Of a stretch of 64,000 nucleotides of DNA, positions 1 to 7,378 are shown one piece after another; the stretch's first letter is position 1; every line of letters begins with the position of its first letter. The translations under genes were made by a program, and so were the position numbers. Source of the stretch: Dehalococcoidia bacterium (GTDB lineage Bacteria > Chloroflexota > Dehalococcoidia > Lucifugimonadales > JADFKI01). The stretch lies in NCBI GenBank assembly GCA_965203955.1, contig OZ241923.1:1357395-1421394 (forward strand), read 5' to 3'. The notes beneath the pieces were generated by a model, which was given only the letters and a program-made list of their open reading frames with translations, made no database searches and had not been told where the DNA came from.

Positions 1-1
1 A

Positions 2-961
2 CCGCCGCAGGAGCGCGTGGTCAGCGTGAATGATGTGACCTACACGCGTGGAGACATGGTGAAGATGCTGCGGATACGGCAGCGGCTACTCGAGGATACG
101 GGACAGCGGATAGACTCCAGCACCGACATCTTCCAGGCGTTGCAGCTGATTGTGGAGAACGAGATTATCGCGCAGTCGGCGCCGAGTATCGGCATCACCG
201 TGTCGGATGAAGAGGTTGACCAGCAGATTCAGGCTACGATCATCTTCCAGGCAGGCGGACAGCTTGCGGGGAAATCGGACGAGCAGCTTGACCGCGAGTT
301 CAAGGAACTGTACTCGAACTTCCTGAACGCCTCGCAGATCAGCGAGGACGAGCACCGCGACATCGTTCGCCGCTCGCTGCTGCGCGAAAAGGTGCGGCAG
401 TATGTTGGCGAATCGGTGCCCGGCGTCGCCAAGCAGTACCATGTCTATCGCATGGCGGTGAGCCATGAAGACGAGATAGACATAATGATTACGAAGTACA
501 ACGACTATGTGAAGAACAGCACCGACCCTCTGCTGCTGCACGAGGCTTTCAAGGCAATTTCGCGCGAGTTCTCGCGGGAGTCGCCGGAACTGGTGAGGCG
601 CGGCGGCGAGGTTGGCTGGGTGCCCCTCGGAGTGCTGGAAGACTACGATGACGTCATCGCGCATGTCGAGGTGGGCAAGCTGAGCGATCCCATCCCCAAC
701 CGTGACCAGCGCCAGCAGGCGTTCATATTCATGGTGTCGGAGATTGACGAGCTGCGTGAGCTTGAGCGCAGCAATCACGAGGCTCTGAAGACGCGCGCGC
801 TGGAACGCTGGATTAACGAGCAGCGGCGCGAGCACGATGTGTATGCGGTGTTCAACTCAGACATCTACGCGTGGATGATCCAGCAGCTGGGCATTTCCAC
901 GGCGATAACGCCATCGCCGCAGCCCGCGAACCCGCTCCAGCAGTTCTTGGGCGGGAGTTAG
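2..961 (+). CDS. PpiC/parvulin-type peptidyl-prolyl isomerase domain protein (SurA/PrsA-like), 5' end probably outside window
   Basis: Frame is open to the window edge. C-terminal parvulin-like signature GGEVGWVPLGVLEDYDDVIAHVEVGKLSDPI...AFIFMVSE. Confidence 0.6.
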   Translation, partial: PPQERVVSVNDVTYTRGDMVKMLRIRQRLLEDTGQRIDSSTDIFQALQLIVENEIIAQSAPSIGITVSDEEVDQQIQATIIFQAGGQLAGKSDEQLDREFKELYSNFLNASQISEDEHRDIVRRSLLREKVRQYVGESVPGVAKQYHVYRMAVSHEDEIDIMITKYNDYVKNSTDPLLLHEAFKAISREFSRESPELVRRGGEVGWVPLGVLEDYDDVIAHVEVGKLSDPIPNRDQRQQAFIFMVSEIDELRELERSNHEALKTRALERWINEQRREHDVYAVFNSDIYAWMIQQLGISTAITPSPQPANPLQQFLGGS

Positions 962-962
962 C

Positions 963-1919
963 CTAAGGCAATTCGCTGCCGATGCCCTTCTCCAGGGCGA
1001 GCTGGTAGATCCGGATGCCGGTGGTGATGTCCTGCACGGCGAGGCCCTGCGACTCGAAGAGGGTGATGTCGGCGTCGGAGTTGCGACCCGGAGCAGTCCC
1101 GCCAACTACATCGGCGAGACTTCTTACCTGCTCCCAGCGAATTGAGCCGAGTTCGGCAGGGTATATGAGGTCACCGCACTCCAACTTTGCCTGCTCAATC
1201 TCGTCGGTAACGATGACGTCCGAGCGGCGCACTGCATTGCCGTCGAGTTCGCGGCGCATCCAGTGGTTGGCACCGGCGGCGTTGATGTGCGTTCCCTCGC
1301 TGAGCCACTCGCCGTTGAGCACCGGACGATTCGTGCTTGTCATAGTGATGACGACATCGGCGTCTGCGACGCACTCTTCGCCACTGTCAACCGGGGCGAT
1401 GTCTATGCCCAGCCTTTCGCCCATTCTCGTCGCGAATCGCTCCCTGCGCTCCGCGGTGCGGCTGAAGACGCGGACGCTCTCGATGGGGCGGACGGCGCAG
1501 ACGGCTTCGAGCTGGGTGCGAGCCTGGTAGCCGGAGCCGATTACGCCTACAGTGGCGGAATTCTCGCGCGCCATGTACTTGGTGGCGACGCCGCTTGCCG
1601 CGCCGGTGCGGACCTGTCCGAGGTCGCCGGCTTCGAGGAGGGCGAGCAGCTCGCCGGTGTCGGTGCTGAAGAGCTGGACGTAGAACCTGACGGGGTTGCC
1701 GCGCGTAACGCCGTATGCCTTGAGTCCCATTACTCCCGCGCCGGGAGCCGCCGCGCACATGAAGTTGAAGAGGCCGCCGTCGGGCAGGCGGATGCGGGAG
1801 CGTGGGGGATTGGTCGCGCCGCCTTCGGACATGAGGCGGAAGGCTTCTTCAACGGACTCGAGTGCGAGTTCCATCGTGAGGACTTCGTTGACTTCGGCTT
1901 CGGTTAGGTAGAGTGGCAA
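963..1919 (-). CDS. ornithine cyclodeaminase / mu-crystallin family protein
   Basis: 318 aa. Family-typical N-terminus (LTEAEV...MELALESVEEAF), Rossmann motif VGVIGSGYQARTQLEA, and INAAGAN motif. Confidence 0.75.
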   Translation of the reverse strand: MPLYLTEAEVNEVLTMELALESVEEAFRLMSEGGATNPPRSRIRLPDGGLFNFMCAAAPGAGVMGLKAYGVTRGNPVRFYVQLFSTDTGELLALLEAGDLGQVRTGAASGVATKYMARENSATVGVIGSGYQARTQLEAVCAVRPIESVRVFSRTAERRERFATRMGERLGIDIAPVDSGEECVADADVVITMTSTNRPVLNGEWLSEGTHINAAGANHWMRRELDGNAVRRSDVIVTDEIEQAKLECGDLIYPAELGSIRWEQVRSLADVVGGTAPGRNSDADITLFESQGLAVQDITTGIRIYQLALEKGIGSELP

Positions 1920-2292
1920 AACTTTCGTCCTTCCTGTTAGTCACGCAGCGATCTATTATACCGCTGCGTCCTGAAAGTCTCTAAATCAAACGGCGGATGA
2001 TCCGACGGTATCTTATCTTTGAGAAAAGCCAATCGTGATAAGTCAATGCGCTTGCGTTTCAGCGGCTGGCAATCTTCTTTCTTATCCGTGTTGTGCATAT
2101 TATTTCTCGCAGAACATTCCAATCACAGCCGCACCTTGTCGATGCCGCGTTCCCATTGAATTCTACATGCCTATATGTTACTCTAAATTCAGGATCATGA
2201 GTGATTCCCGGCGGGCGTCATGTGTGATTCTGGGGAATACCAGCGACCCTTGGTTGCTGGTATTGTTTCGTTAATTGACTTTCTTCAACTCC

Positions 2293-3069
2293 TCATTGCT
2301 CTCTTCTATAGTGGTCGCTCTCCGGCATGAAGTAGATGCCAGGACGAAAAAACCCCTCAGGTGTCGTAATGTCCAGCGTCTTGTCTCTGATTACATTGTA
2401 GTGCCTGCTGATGGCGGACAGGTAACCATCTCCTCTAGGTATTCCTTCATACAAACTGTTCTCTTGGTAAACTCGGCATACATAAGCCGCCATGTCAGCT
2501 ATCTGTATGCCTTGCGTCAAGCCAGAATCCACGAAATACGGGGAATCACATATTGATGTGAACGATTGCCCTTCTGCTGAACGGTAAAGAAAAGAGTCGA
2601 ACTTCTTTGGGAGCATGCCACCGTATAGAGTAGGCCCCTCACCATCGAACAGAACTGTCGCCATTCTGTTCGTTTCTTCGGCAAGTTGATTTATGCGTTG
2701 AAGCAGGTATCTGTATTCGTTAGGCAAGTAGTTTTCTGCCTCACGACCGTATGGTAATTGCTCCGGATGCTCCATAACAACGGCGAATAAGGTAAAGGGT
2801 GACGAGCGACACAGATCAAAGAATGACTCCACCACTTCCCACTCGTTAGGTCTGTTTCTGAAGACTCGCGGCGTCATGTATTTGCTGCCCTTGAGTTCCG
2901 CATTTGGAGTTCCGAGGCGGCGCTTCATGGAGTAAAGTTGGGCGGACACGGCGCGGACGTTTTCTCTATCTATGCAGATACCTACAATGACGGGTCTAGT
3001 GGATGAGTCATTAGGGTGTGGTATTCCGCTTTCATCCAAGAAAACTAGCATCCACTCTCCCCTCTGCAC
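2293..3069 (-). CDS. DUF3800 domain protein
   Basis: 258 aa. N-terminal LVFLDESG motif typical of DUF3800. Lies in an AT-richer segment (1920-3080). Confidence 0.5.
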   Translation of the reverse strand: MQRGEWMLVFLDESGIPHPNDSSTRPVIVGICIDRENVRAVSAQLYSMKRRLGTPNAELKGSKYMTPRVFRNRPNEWEVVESFFDLCRSSPFTLFAVVMEHPEQLPYGREAENYLPNEYRYLLQRINQLAEETNRMATVLFDGEGPTLYGGMLPKKFDSFLYRSAEGQSFTSICDSPYFVDSGLTQGIQIADMAAYVCRVYQENSLYEGIPRGDGYLSAISRHYNVIRDKTLDITTPEGFFRPGIYFMPESDHYRREQ

Positions 3070-3091
3070 AATTGTGAAAATTGAGCAGCAA

Positions 3092-4417
3092 TCACAACCG
3101 GACCTTGCCGATGCCGCGCTCGATGCGGATGTCGGTGCCGAGGGGCCTGGAGAGGCGTTTCATGCGCTCAAGGGCGCGGCGGCTTACGCCGGAGTTGGCG
3201 AGGACGGGCCTGCCGCGCTGGGAGCGCTTTTGCGCGTGCCCGAGGTCGATGGGGTGGAGCGTGATGCCGCTCAGGGACTCGCGCTTGAACTCGCAGCGGG
3301 CGACTACGCTTTCCCAGTAGAGGGCGTCTGCGGGGAAACCGCGCTTGTCGTGGTCGCTGCGGGCGTCGTAGAAGTCGGCGGGCGTCGCTTCGGCGTCGAG
3401 GTGCACGGTCTCGTAATTGTAGGAGGGCTGCCAGCGCACGGTGTCGTTCTGGAAGATGAAGTTGCCGAGGCTGTAGAAGATGGGCCTGTCCTTGTATATC
3501 TCGATGCCGCGAGTGATGTGCGGGCCGTGACCGATGAACACGTCCGCGCCTTCGTCTATGCAGGCGCGCGCGAAGTCCACGAGGAACTGCGGCGGCTCGT
3601 CGCGGTGGTCGCCGCTCTCGTGGCAGTGGACCGAGACCATGACCCAGTCTGCCATGCGGCGGGCGTCCTGCACCCACTTCAGATTGTCTTTAAGGTCGCG
3701 CCTGTTGAGCTCGGTGCTGACCTTGAACTGCTCGCCGAGCGCGAAGACCTTGTCCATGAACACGAAGCGGGTGTCGGAGTCTTCGGGGATGGCGCCGGGA
3801 TGCCTGAAGTTGCGGAGGGCGTTGCGCTGCGCCTCCAGTCCGAGCTTGGTGTTGACGCGGCGCAAGGCGTCGAAGGCGGGGCGGTCGATGATGTGCGTGG
3901 TGGAGAAGCGGAGCGGGTTGAGGCCGGGACGCCCGCGAATGTCGGGTCGCTGGTCGAGGGCGCGTCCTGCCTCGGAGAATGTGGAGGATGCGGAGATGAG
4001 GGCGACGCGGCCGTTGGCGGTGTCGAGGTAGGCGGGGGCGCGCGCTTCGCTGAGGTTGCGGCCGGTGCCGGCGTGTACGAGATCGGAGTGGCGGAGGTGA
4101 TCCAGGTTGGTGAGCACGCCGCCTTCGCCGTAGTCGTAGCTGTGGTTGTTGGCGCAGGACACGAGGTTGATGCCGAGCCATTCGAGCTCGCGGAGATTCT
4201 TGGGGTCGGATGCGGTGAAGGTGCCGCCCGCCATGCCGGGGGAGTGCTCGTACTCGTGCATGAGCATTTCGAGGTTGGTGAAGCCGACATCGGCGTCACG
4301 GTAGAGCTGGCGCAGGCGCACGAAGCCTTCCTCTCGGAAGACGGACATCTTGCGGGTAATCATCGTGTCGCCGCTGGCAACCATGGTGAGGTTGCCGGCT
4401 TGGGCTTCGTAGAGCAC
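3092..4417 (-). CDS. CapA family (poly-gamma-glutamate synthesis-like) metallophosphoesterase
   Basis: 441 aa. Motifs VGFTNLE, SCANNHSYDYG, HAGTGRN, SVHCHE and GHGPH are typical of PGA_cap/CapA. Confidence 0.7.
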   Translation of the reverse strand: MLYEAQAGNLTMVASGDTMITRKMSVFREEGFVRLRQLYRDADVGFTNLEMLMHEYEHSPGMAGGTFTASDPKNLRELEWLGINLVSCANNHSYDYGEGGVLTNLDHLRHSDLVHAGTGRNLSEARAPAYLDTANGRVALISASSTFSEAGRALDQRPDIRGRPGLNPLRFSTTHIIDRPAFDALRRVNTKLGLEAQRNALRNFRHPGAIPEDSDTRFVFMDKVFALGEQFKVSTELNRRDLKDNLKWVQDARRMADWVMVSVHCHESGDHRDEPPQFLVDFARACIDEGADVFIGHGPHITRGIEIYKDRPIFYSLGNFIFQNDTVRWQPSYNYETVHLDAEATPADFYDARSDHDKRGFPADALYWESVVARCEFKRESLSGITLHPIDLGHAQKRSQRGRPVLANSGVSRRALERMKRLSRPLGTDIRIERGIGKVRL

Positions 4418-4440
4418 TTGGTTTGCCTTTCAGGGGAATT

Positions 4441-4467
4441 AACATCAATGGGCAGGATGGGGAGGAA
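4441..4467 (+). repeat. repeat family C (core TAACATCGATGKACAGGATGGRNAGGAT)
   Basis: TAACATCAATGGGCAGGATGGGGAGGA. Confidence 0.75.
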
Positions 4468-4476
4468 ATTTTGTCC

Positions 4477-4683
4477 TTACAGACTTGCGATGACGCCACC
4501 CATGCCGCCGATGACCGCAATCAAAATCGCAATCAGCAGCCCGACCATCCAACGCTGGTTGGCTTCCAAGCGGTCAAGCCTAGCTTCCAGCCGCCCAAAG
4601 CGCGCCAACATCTCGCGTCGCCATTCTTGTTCGTTTTCGCGCTCTGCTTCCAGCCGCGCGGTTCGCTCTTCGATCATCGTCAT
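4477..4683 (-). CDS. small tail-anchored coiled-coil membrane protein, tandem copy 1 (XhlA/DUF1640-like architecture)
   Basis: 68 aa. N-terminus MTMIEERTARLEAERENEQEWRREML, then LEANQRW followed by C-terminal TM LLIAILIAVIGGMGGVIASL. Confidence 0.55.
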   Translation of the reverse strand: MTMIEERTARLEAERENEQEWRREMLARFGRLEARLDRLEANQRWMVGLLIAILIAVIGGMGGVIASL

Positions 4684-4754
4684 TGTCGTACTTCTTTCGT
4701 GGCAAGAGGTTGTCGAACCTTACGCCTCGCTGGTGTCCAATCGAGGGGAATTGG

Positions 4755-4973
4755 CTAGAACAGCGCCGCGGCAGCGAAAATCGCGCCAATCGTTACGCCG
4801 TGAAGCCCGACTATTAGCCCGATTATCCAGCGCTGGTTGGCTTCCAAGCGGTCAAGCCTTGCATCCTGCCGCGATTCCAAGTGGTCAAACCGCACCAACA
4901 TCTCGCGGCGCCATTCCTGTTCGTTCTCGCGCTCTGCTTCCAGCCGCGCGGTTCGCTCTTCGATCATCGTCAT
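4755..4973 (-). CDS. small tail-anchored coiled-coil membrane protein, tandem copy 2
   Basis: 72 aa. The first 26 aa are identical to copy 1, and the C-terminal TM has diverged. Confidence 0.55.
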   Translation of the reverse strand: MTMIEERTARLEAERENEQEWRREMLVRFDHLESRQDARLDRLEANQRWIIGLIVGLHGVTIGAIFAAAALF

Positions 4974-5044
4974 TGTCGTACTTCTTTCGTGGCAAGAGGT
5001 TGTCGAACCTTACGCCCCGCTGGTGTCCAATCGAGGGGAATTGG

Positions 5045-5230
5045 CTAGAACAGCGCCGCCGCCGCGAAAATCGCGCCAATGGTTACGCTGTGCAGTAGTA
5101 TGGTTAGCCCGACCATCCAACGCTGGTTGGCTTCCAAGCGTTCAAGCCGCGTCAACATCTCGCGCCGCCATTCTTGTTCGTTCTCATGTGCGGCTTCCAG
5201 CCGCGCGGTTCGCTCTTCAATCATCGTCAT
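5045..5230 (-). CDS. small tail-anchored coiled-coil membrane protein, tandem copy 3
   Basis: 61 aa. Same N-terminus (one E->A/H change). The TM tail TIGAIFAAAALF is shared with copy 2. Confidence 0.55.
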   Translation of the reverse strand: MTMIEERTARLEAAHENEQEWRREMLTRLERLEANQRWMVGLTILLHSVTIGAIFAAAALF

Positions 5231-5307
5231 TGTCGTACTTTTTTCGTGGCAAGAGGTTGTCGAACCTTACGCCTCGCTGTCGGCCCATCAAGGGGGAAGG
5301 GACTTTT

Positions 5308-5344
5308 GCCCTCACCCTGACCCTCTCCCAGAGGGAGAGGGGAC
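5308..5344 (+). repeat. palindromic repeat family A (GCCCTCACCCTRACCCTCTCCC-N4-GGGAGAGGGGAC)
   Basis: Hairpin CCCTCTCCC/GGGAGAGGG. Preceded by a partial family B copy at 5284-5303. Confidence 0.85.
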
Positions 5345-5346
5345 TA

Positions 5347-5931
5347 TTATACGCGGGGGATTTGCTGGATGGATGCGCCGTCGAGGGGGACGTACTCGTT
5401 TGCGAGCAAGCCCATGACCACGGAGTCGAAGCGCGCGCCTTCGTGGGGGCGGCTCTTTCGCAGGGTGCCTTCGTGCTGGAAGCCGAGGTGCGCGAACATG
5501 CTCCGCGCGGCGGTGTTGTACTCCGGGATGTCCACCCAAACGCGGTAGAGGCCGTACTCGTCGAAGGCGGTCTCAAGGGCGCGGCGGGCTGCCGCCGAGC
5601 CGTAGCCGTGGTGCCACAGGTCCTTGCGGCCTACCAGGATGGAGAGCTGGCCGTCGCCGAGGGATTCCTCGATCGCAAGGTGGATTTCGCCGATGTGACC
5701 GTCTTCGGGGCTGTATATGGAGAGGATGCGGTGCTCGGGGTTGTCGAAGACTTCCGCCCATTCCTCGTCGGATACTTCGTCCATCTCGTTGGGGTGGTAG
5801 CCGAGGTGCGCCGGGTCGCCATAAGCGTAGCGGCCGAACCAGGACTCACTAATTTCTTCGTCATCCAGCCAGCGCCTGATGCGCGCTACGTCGTCTCGCG
5901 TTACCATCTGCAGGTTGATTTCTTGAGGCAT
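5347..5931 (-). CDS. GNAT family N-acetyltransferase
   Basis: 194 aa. Acetyl-CoA binding region LWHHGYGSAAARRALETAF and downstream NTAARSMFAHLGF. Confidence 0.75.
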   Translation of the reverse strand: MPQEINLQMVTRDDVARIRRWLDDEEISESWFGRYAYGDPAHLGYHPNEMDEVSDEEWAEVFDNPEHRILSIYSPEDGHIGEIHLAIEESLGDGQLSILVGRKDLWHHGYGSAAARRALETAFDEYGLYRVWVDIPEYNTAARSMFAHLGFQHEGTLRKSRPHEGARFDSVVMGLLANEYVPLDGASIQQIPRV

Positions 5932-6065
5932 GAGTTACCTCCTTTAGCAATTTTTTAGTCTGTTTAGCAAACACTAGACAGGTTTTTCAAATGCTATCAG
6001 AGGCGGGCGGATGCCGCAAATGTGGGGCGTGGGCTGGCAGGATGCACAGGATGGGGGTTGCTGCG

Positions 6066-6893
6066 CTAGGGGTCGCGGTTGCGTCTTTTCCAGCGGATGC
6101 GGTCGAACTTCACAGGGTCGTCCGGGAAGCGGGCATTGCGACGGGCAAGGTAGTCGCGGTAGCGCTCCTTGAAGGCTTCGAGCGTGTCGTCGTAGCGTAT
6201 GAGCAGCCTTCTTGCCGGGGGCTTGGTCAGGGCTTCTTCCAGCTTCTCGCCGCTCAGCTCGCTGCCCTCGCAGTCGCGCTCCCTGTACTCGCAGACGCAG
6301 GGCCAGGGGTATGTCTCGTAGTACACCGGACCGTGCAGGCTGTACTCGATGTGCTCTTCGCGCTCTTGCTCTCGTCGCTCCCGCTCTTCGCGCTCTTCCC
6401 GTTCAGTCTCCGACTCTTCAGGCTCCTGCTCTTCCTCGACGATGGCGCACTGGGAGCCTCTGTTCAGCAGTTCCTTTGCTGCTGACATTCTGTGGCAGGG
6501 CTTGAAGTCCGTGAGTTCGCCTTCCATAGCCTGCACGAGGAAGGTTACGATGGTTCTGCCGTTGTCTGTGTGTTCCTTGACAATCTGGGCGAGTTCGGAG
6601 TGTATGCGCCTGTCCGCTCTGCGGGAGTCTCTGCGCTCTCGTCTTGTGGGTTCTGGCAGGTTGAGGTTGCCGGTGAGCGCGCCCACGGATTGAGGGAGCC
6701 GGCCGTAGCCGAACTTTTCGAGCAGTCTTGCTGCTTCGAGCTTGTGGCAGGGCTGGAAGTCTGGGAACTCTCCGTTCACAGCGGAGATGAGGAACTCGAC
6801 GATGGTTCTGCCGTTGTCGGTCTGTTCGACGATGATGGACTGGACCGATTCGGTGAAGTCGGGTTGTTGTTCAGTTTTGAGTTGTGGGTTCAT
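6066..6893 (-). CDS. hypothetical protein with two ~50-aa repeat modules plus acidic linker (paralog of 17698-19002)
   Basis: 275 aa. Modules are ...TDNGRTIVEFLISAVNGEF..CHKLEAARLLEKFGYG and ...TDNGRTIVTFLVQAMEGEL..CHRMSAAKELLNRG. E/R-rich linker and Cys-rich C-terminal part. Confidence 0.5.
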   Translation of the reverse strand: MNPQLKTEQQPDFTESVQSIIVEQTDNGRTIVEFLISAVNGEFPDFQPCHKLEAARLLEKFGYGRLPQSVGALTGNLNLPEPTRRERRDSRRADRRIHSELAQIVKEHTDNGRTIVTFLVQAMEGELTDFKPCHRMSAAKELLNRGSQCAIVEEEQEPEESETEREEREERERREQEREEHIEYSLHGPVYYETYPWPCVCEYRERDCEGSELSGEKLEEALTKPPARRLLIRYDDTLEAFKERYRDYLARRNARFPDDPVKFDRIRWKRRNRDP

Positions 6894-6905
6894 AGTCTTC
6901 AGTTT

Positions 6906-6942
6906 GCCCTCACCCTAACCCTCTCCCAAGGGGAGAGGGGAC
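6906..6942 (+). repeat. repeat family A copy
   Basis: GCCCTCACCCTAACCCTCTCCCAAGGGGAGAGGGGAC. Confidence 0.85.
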
Positions 6943-6996
6943 TATTAACAGGATGGGTAGATGTATAGATAATATGTTCTCTTACGTTTGACATCT

Positions 6997-7025
6997 ATGA
7001 TACGCACGGATGTTTGGCTTGTCAA
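6997..7025 (-). promoter_or_regulatory. sigma70-like promoter TTGACA-17-TATCAT for the 6066-6893 gene
   Basis: Minus strand reads TTGACAAGCCAAACATCCGTGCGTATCAT. The same 29 nt, with two differences, recur at 19127-19155 upstream of the paralog. Confidence 0.6.
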
Positions 7026-7053
7026 GAGGTGGGAGTCGGTCAGTCTGTCAGCG

Positions 7054-7103
7054 CCCTTCGACAGGCCCATTCGGCAAGCTCAGGCCAGGCTCAGGGCGAA
7101 CGG
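7054..7103 (+). repeat. repeat family G (CCTTCGACAGGCC...CTCAGGACNGGCTCAGG)
   Basis: CCCTTCGACAGGCCCATTCGGCAAGCTCAGGCCAGGCTCAGGGCGAACGG. Confidence 0.6.
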
Positions 7104-7110
7104 GGCTGGG

Positions 7111-7140
7111 CTAACAGGATTTACGGGATGTGTATGATGG
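7111..7140 (+). repeat. repeat family C copy (short form)
   Basis: CTAACAGGATTTACGGGATGTGTATGATGG. Confidence 0.6.
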
Positions 7141-7146
7141 AAAGGG

Positions 7147-7222
7147 TTGACATATAAGAATATATGTACTACTTTTGTAGAATCAGGGGACGGACCTTTG
7201 CGGGTGCGTCTCTTTTGTTTTG
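7147..7222 (+). promoter_or_regulatory. orphan promoter-like element (TTGACA-17-TACTTT) followed by a hairpin plus T-tract
   Basis: TTGACA at 7147-7152 and TACTTT at 7170-7175. Hairpin GACGGACC/GGTGCGTC at 7189-7210, then TCTTTTGTTTTG. Lies 50 nt before the IS21 left end. Confidence 0.3.
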
Positions 7223-7378
7223 CAGGATTTTGGTGATGGGAGGAAGCAGTGGGAGATATTAGAAGCTCAATATTGTTAGCGCCAAGATTAAAATGGGCGA
7301 AATCGCCAAGTTGGAATTGACCCACCCCTAAACGGAGTGCATCTTTGTCGGAACAACCGACAGGAGGTGCCTGGCCTA

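Noticed and set aside
1937-2122. A 61-aa ORF in the AT-rich tract downstream of the DUF3800 gene. Similarly, a 73-aa ORF at 50479-50700.
   Set aside because: There is no SD and no motif, the sequence is AT-rich, and the residue composition is unusual. The evidence for coding is insufficient.
2972-5098. The longest plus-strand ORF in the region (708 aa), spanning the CapA gene and the triplicated small genes.
   Set aside because: It is antisense to well-supported minus-strand genes. Its composition is Ala/Gly/Val/Arg-rich and low in complexity, as expected for a shadow frame in GC-rich DNA. It crosses intergenic repeats and has no motifs.
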